Shown here one piece after another: positions 58,232 to 64,000 of a stretch of 64,000 bases of DNA. Each line of letters opens with the position of its first letter. Position 1 is the first letter of the stretch. Location of the stretch: the NCBI GenBank assembly GCA_002633005.1, contig NMRA01000927.1, positions 32,565 to 96,564 on the forward strand, in the 5' to 3' direction. A program made the position numbers and the translations under genes. The stretch comes from Phoronis australis. Lineage: Eukaryota; Animalia; Phoronida. The notes under the pieces were generated by a model. The model saw only the letters and a program-made list of their open reading frames with translations, was not told the DNA's origin and searched no databases.

Positions 58232-61200
58232 ATGAGGTTGCATGACTGCTGCAGACATCACATGATCGTCATGTGATATGGTGACTGGTTGCACATTTGC
58301 TTAACGTGCAATAGAGATGATAGAGGTCATTTATCTTTTAAAGAAGTTATTATGTGAATATCATAGCAAAATCATGTTCAAGATTTGACTTTGGTATTTT
58401 GTGTTCTTCAGCACATTTTTAAAAGTCCAGTAATGTGTTACTAAATTTTAAAGTCCACGCAATGCTAATTAGGTCAAACCAGAATTGCAAACTTTTAATT
58501 GCAACAAATCAAGTCATTGGTCGCTGTCTGTCTTTATGTTAAGTAACCAGTCCAGAGTGTGACTAGGAACACTGACTCAACGATATTAAAGAAACAAACA
58601 AGGGATTCCACCACAAAAACCTGAACCTAAAGGATGGTTTTCAAAGGTAGCACTGCTTGGGGCTTTAAGGTCATGCGTGCACTTCTGATGCTGTTAGTGC
58701 TATTAAAGTGTAGGCTCAGTCTGTGACTTCTTTTAAGACTATTGCAGACGCATCATGTAAGGAAAATATCTTCATGAGAAGCTGCATTATTATTGTGTAG
58801 ATTTATTGCATATTTTAGAGCCATAGCTGTCAGCAGAGCTTTAGAACTTGAATATTTACACTTAAGAAATCGAGTTCGTAGTTTACGTACACTTTTGTTT
58901 TTAACTAGGATCACAGTTGTTGAAATGTTGCCGCAATGCAATTATCTGTTGAACGCTAACAAGTCATTCCTAGACAAATGGCTTCATAGAGATTTGAAAT
59001 TTAAGTTGCTCATTATTGTCATGTAAATTTGCAAATACCGACATAAATCAAGATGCCTGTAATTTCGTTTAATTCCATTCTGCTTGCACTGAGGATTTTT
59101 AATTTTTATTTTTTTTTAATTTAGAACAAGTTGTATTTTCTTTCATTGCTATTGCCACATGGTAGTGTGTATAATGAGAAAACTATTTGTTGCACCATTA
59201 GTTAACTAAGGCTTGAACAAATCAGTGTTTACTTTGTTATTCATTTGGAACAAACTTAATGGGTGATGCACGAATGTGCATTTTTGAATGTAAAAACAAT
59301 TCGTTATTGGCGAGTCCTGAAGCAATCTGCTAATTAAACTCTTGTCTTTCTTTTGCTTTCCAATGACAGTTAACACATTCCCTCTATGTGGCTTTTTGTA
59401 AATTAAATGTTTTGTCATGTCTCAACAAATTTTATTCACCTGGTGATGAATAATTTGTGCTAAAACTCAACAAGCGCTTTAGTTTTTTTTTTGTTCAAGT
59501 TGTTTTTGCTTTTTCTTGAAAAGAGGCTTATAGTTAACTGTATTTTTGTTTCTGTGAAATACATAAATGTGTTTATTTTATTGCTTAACATCTTTGTTTC
59601 ACAGTACTGAAGATAGAAATTTTGTTTTATTTGCCAGCTGCAGATTAGAGTTGTTTCTTTTTTGAGCTATTTTTATACAATTTTGTAGGTTATGAAAATA
59701 GGTGTTTCAGGGTATGGATTGAAATTTTGCTAAAAGTCTTCATAGTATCATAGAAGTAGCGAAAACTGTTTGTATTGAACCTACAAAGAACCAATCCTCT
59801 GTCAAAAAGACTACTTTCTGGTTAGGGTACCACTATATTAAGTTGACCTCAAATTGGTCCTTACTCAGGAGTTAATATATGATTTCTGGTCTTGAGAAGA
59901 ATTGATAATTAATGAACTGTTGGTTCTTCCAAAAGACAGAAATGACCTGTTATCTGTGGGAGGTGCAAGTTGAGACCAGCTGTATTACGATAAGTGGCCT
60001 AAACTAAAAGATTATTATGTAATCAATGGTGTGTGTTTTACCCTATTTCTGTATTCAAATATCTTCATCATTGTAGCATTTAACAGGTGAAAATCATGCG
60101 TTTAATGTGTAAAGCAGAAAATTTTTAAGTTAATAGCAATGGGCTGTTAATTAGGTCGTGTGACCATGTCTTTTTAGAAAAGAAGGTACATGCATAGCAA
60201 AATAATGGTATTAATGAAATGGTCAATTTTCTTGTGAAATTGTTCAAGATGAAATCTTGGAAAAGTTTTCAGAATTGTGGCTTAGTTGTCGTTTTAGGAA
60301 TCCTTTGAGTCTAAAATTCGTTAAGTCCATTTGTGAGTTATGCTGTTTTGAACTTTTTGAGCCAGATTTGGACATTGTTCCAGGGTCACTCATAGCCTAC
60401 TTTTTTGTAACTGAGGATAGGTTCTTAGCAGCTTCAACCTTTGCAACAAAAATTTGATCAACTTTGAAATAACAGAAGTTAGAATGGAAGCTGAAGTGTT
60501 CTTAGTGATTCAGTCTTTTACCATGTGACCAATTATTGTATTTTGTGACTTGAGGTGATATCGCGAGGTCACAAGTATCAAATTGGAAAGTGAGAAATGA
60601 CTCACAATTAGTCACCCACAAAACCGTCATCTTTAATTGGTGGCCATTTTACAAGTTACTATTTTAGTTGACAGTATTTTTTCACAGAGAAATCCAGAAC
60701 CAATCATGCTATATTTGCCTTAAATGCTCGTTTAGTAAGTGTTGTGTTAATGTGCATGTTTAGGATTTGCTCGTGACTTCTCGGTGAAATCCTTGTGGAA
60801 AAGTTATTAGCTTTTGTAGTCTTTAAGCAACGATGTGTGTGCAATGATCATGTCAGTCTAACTGCATGTTGTGTGTAGAAGTGATACTTAGATATTTAGT
60901 GTTCATACGTGATAACTGCCCTTAAAATATTGACTTGCGAAGCATTTCTATTGAATAATTGTCTAAAAACAAAAGCTCGTGTGATAAAAGACTTGCCAGT
61001 TAATAGCGACAGAACGTGAGAGATCAATGTCAGCCAGCTATGGAGAAGGGCTATTAATGTTATTTAAGGGGGTATAAACCTTCGTTTTCTCCAAGTAGTT
61101 AACTTTTATTTTAGACCATGTGCTATAAGATTGGTCTGGACTGAGTTGGTTGTTCCATGAGACTATGTGAAACGCATGAAGTGACACGTGATGACAAGCC

Positions 61201-61926
61201 AACTTGTAGAGTTTGGTCTTTGGCAACAATAAACTGTCAGTTCTTTCCAAGGCCGGAAATGACTTTGGACTTGATCCGCTAAGAACAATTCAAAACCGAT
61301 GTCGTCAGAACCAAGTGGTCAAAATCAAACGTAGGTTTTTAAATTTGTATCCGCATTGAATTTCAGTGCATCATTTGTGAAATTGTCCTTGGTCACAAGG
61401 TTCATTTTGAATCATGTCGGTGCATCAGTGAGACAATATATGGGTTCCACATGACAAGTTGTTCAGACTTTGCCAATGTCCGTGTTTCACACTTGTCACA
61501 GCACTCTATCCAGAAAAAAATGTAAATTATGTATGCTTCTATAAAGACCATGTGCTGGTGATGATAATCTCTCTATACAGTAATATTGAAATATATGCCA
61601 TTTACTACTTTTGCTAATATTTTGTACGCCTGGGTTGCATGGAGTCGTGTTCATCATTTTGAATCGTCGTTAGGTGACGCTGGTGACCTGTTTAAAGTAC
61701 AGTATTGCCAATGTCACTGTATTAATTACATGGTCTCTATGTTTGAAGTGCGAGTATTTGGCGAGGAAGTGATTTCGTATCTTTGGTTTGTGTGTTCTCC
61801 CTGCTTTAAAGTCTAGGCATTTTTAATCTACCATAGACTAAACATTTCATATTCATTCATTCACGTTCTGCTTTGTGAATAGTATGTAGTGAGTCCGCTA
61901 GACTGCTCTGTACTGTCAAACATTTT

Positions 61927-61932
61927 AATAAA
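61927..61932 (+). terminator. Candidate poly(A) signal for a long (~3.7 kb) 3' UTR
   Basis: AATAAA followed by T-rich sequence; alternatives are AATAAA at 61228 and several ATTAAA nearer the stop. Confidence 0.3.
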
Positions 61933-64000
61933 TTTTATTTCCCAATGACTTGGTAACTTATTGGTAATACTGAGATACTGGAAACATAAAATTCAATTCT
62001 CCAAAGGAACATAAAATATCTTCGGCTAGATAACCAGGAATCATTGCAATGTTGAATACATCTGTGGAGCACATATTTTTGAGTCATGACATCATCTCTG
62101 GGCTCTACGACATGACTGTGCGTTGGAAGGTTTACACAAGTGATAGACGAACAACAACTGACTTGCCACCATCCACCACCATTTTGCCAAATAAATCTCA
62201 CCAACTTTCACCGTCGGTGAATAGATTCTCAATGCGAATTACATGCGACAATCGACTACTCAGGCCCGTAGGAAGGCAAAAATGATTGGGGGAGCACAAA
62301 CCAATATTCGACTTCGGCAAACTATACCCCCTCCCCTTCCTATCACCACCGCCAAAGGTAGGGGGGACAATCCCGGCAATGCAGCCGTGCCGTGAACCAA
62401 CAAAGTTTTACTTAGAGTAAGAATGGGCTTCAGGCCAGCGCACGGATCGAGTGACGGTTGCTGAGAGATGCCTCAAGTAATTGATGCTTAAACCGAAATG
62501 AAAATACGAAATTCAGTGAAAGCTCAGCTATGATTCACTTGAAAAAGGCAGCTTAGCTCGTACCTATAAGTCTGCGTTGGCTTTAAGGTCAAGATTGATT
62601 TTATTATGATCCAGTTTTGGGAAAAGTTCGTTTTATCACGGTCATTCTTTAAAGGAATTTTTCAAAAGGTGAAGTCCCGAGGGGCTTCTTCAAAATCCCT
62701 TCGTTGAAACACGGCCGCTAGTCCAATTTCTGGTGGCTGGGGAAAATGATTCAGTGTGTCAAAAATGCACATACTTCAGCACTTGGAGTTCGAATTCCGT
62801 TTCTGTGGATCACTCAGTTTCTGTGCTGGCCTAGTACATGGTAACACCTTATTTTTATTGACGCGCTCCGTCTGTGTAGTATGCAAGGGAATGAGAAGTC
62901 AACGATTCAATCTTAATTGTGCAGACAATTCAGTTGAAAAAAGTTTAGAAGAAACAATATTTAACGAAGCTTCCAACATTAACGTTTACACACAAACACT
63001 AATAAGTTTCATAACTGGGTCGACCACGCTCCATGTGGCACCCAAACTAATATTACTGAGTTAGAGTCCAGCTTGTCATTTCACACAGTTCGTGCACTGT
63101 GCACTTGTGGTGAGTGCCTTCCTTTTAGCATTCGACTTTGAACGCCACTATCTTGCGGTCCCACTTTGTCCGCTTAATGTCACAAGTCTTCACACTTTCT
63201 CTAAACAGCTTCTAGGCACGTCTACACCGCGTCACGACTGGCTCTCGACTGCCGCACCCAGGTAGAACTTGGAATGCACCTGGCCAACACAATTAACAGC
63301 TCATTTACATATAAATATCTCGGCAACAATCGCTGACCACTGACACCGGCGACGTAACAGACTATTCACAATTGTCAATTCTTACACTATAACAGTGGGG
63401 ATCGGATCATTATATAGAGTTTTTCCAACCAGGCTGTCATTGAATTCCTTGAATTCTTACAAGACTAGTTTTTAATTGGCAAAAATAATGTATGAATCTG
63501 TCTGAACATAAACATGTAAATCAGAAATCAACGAATTTTTTTAACGGAATGTTATAAGCAATTTCACAGGCATTCTTGCAGAGTTTTGACGAGACGTAGC
63601 CATTGGTATTAAGGCGTACTTCTGCTCATTTCAAAGGTACCTATAATGGTTTACGAGATAAAATTGAACTCCAAAAAAAATCTGAAACCTGTTTATGCTT
63701 ACAAGTACATGTACACAATCATCACAAATCGTAGCCCCGGCTATTCTTGTGATACTCTGGAAAAAAAGTAAAAATAAATAAGCTCAAGTTGGCCAATAGT
63801 GTAATATATCAAATAAACTCAGAAAAATCAGGAATCTCAACTGGGTCAAAGGTCTCTACATTGTTAGTCAAATGCTTTTCTAAAATGTTGATTATAAAAT
63901 TGTCCAAATGTAGTGTAAAAAGGAGAAACGTCGCTGGTAGGATACATGACCAACAGATGGCTGTAAAAAGTAATTCAGATATCGAGTCCTCAGTGGCTCA

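Noticed and set aside
62240-63400. CpG-richer patches downstream of the gene as a possible neighbouring promoter or hAT end
   Set aside because: No associated exon or matching second TIR found; cannot be distinguished from transposon fragments

Overview
Eukaryotic, AT-rich, intron-rich animal DNA (an invertebrate by its repeat content; inference) with two assembly gaps. Almost the whole window is one + strand gene. I reconstructed 30 GT-AG exons by hand (11636..58231, 4547 nt, ~1515 codons; every junction is phase-compatible and there are no internal stops). They encode a receptor-type protein tyrosine phosphatase (RPTP) with the order EGF-like, kringle, EGF-like, Ig-like, four FN3, a juxtamembrane FN3-like domain with an RRRR furin site, TM, active PTP D1, and PTP D2 lacking the P-loop Arg. 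The start/signal-peptide exon was not found and probably lies upstream. The standout feature is a kringle within a Tie-like ectodomain on an RPTP. The introns hold Penelope-like remnants with minimal hammerhead ribozyme motifs (one on the pre-mRNA sense strand near an acceptor), Tc2-type and hAT MITEs, a three-level nested insertion (SINE, Helentron-type array with CTCF-like motifs, Tc2 MITE), a near-perfect foldback element and several minisatellites. Most ORFs in the supplied track are spurious or exon-plus-intron read-through.
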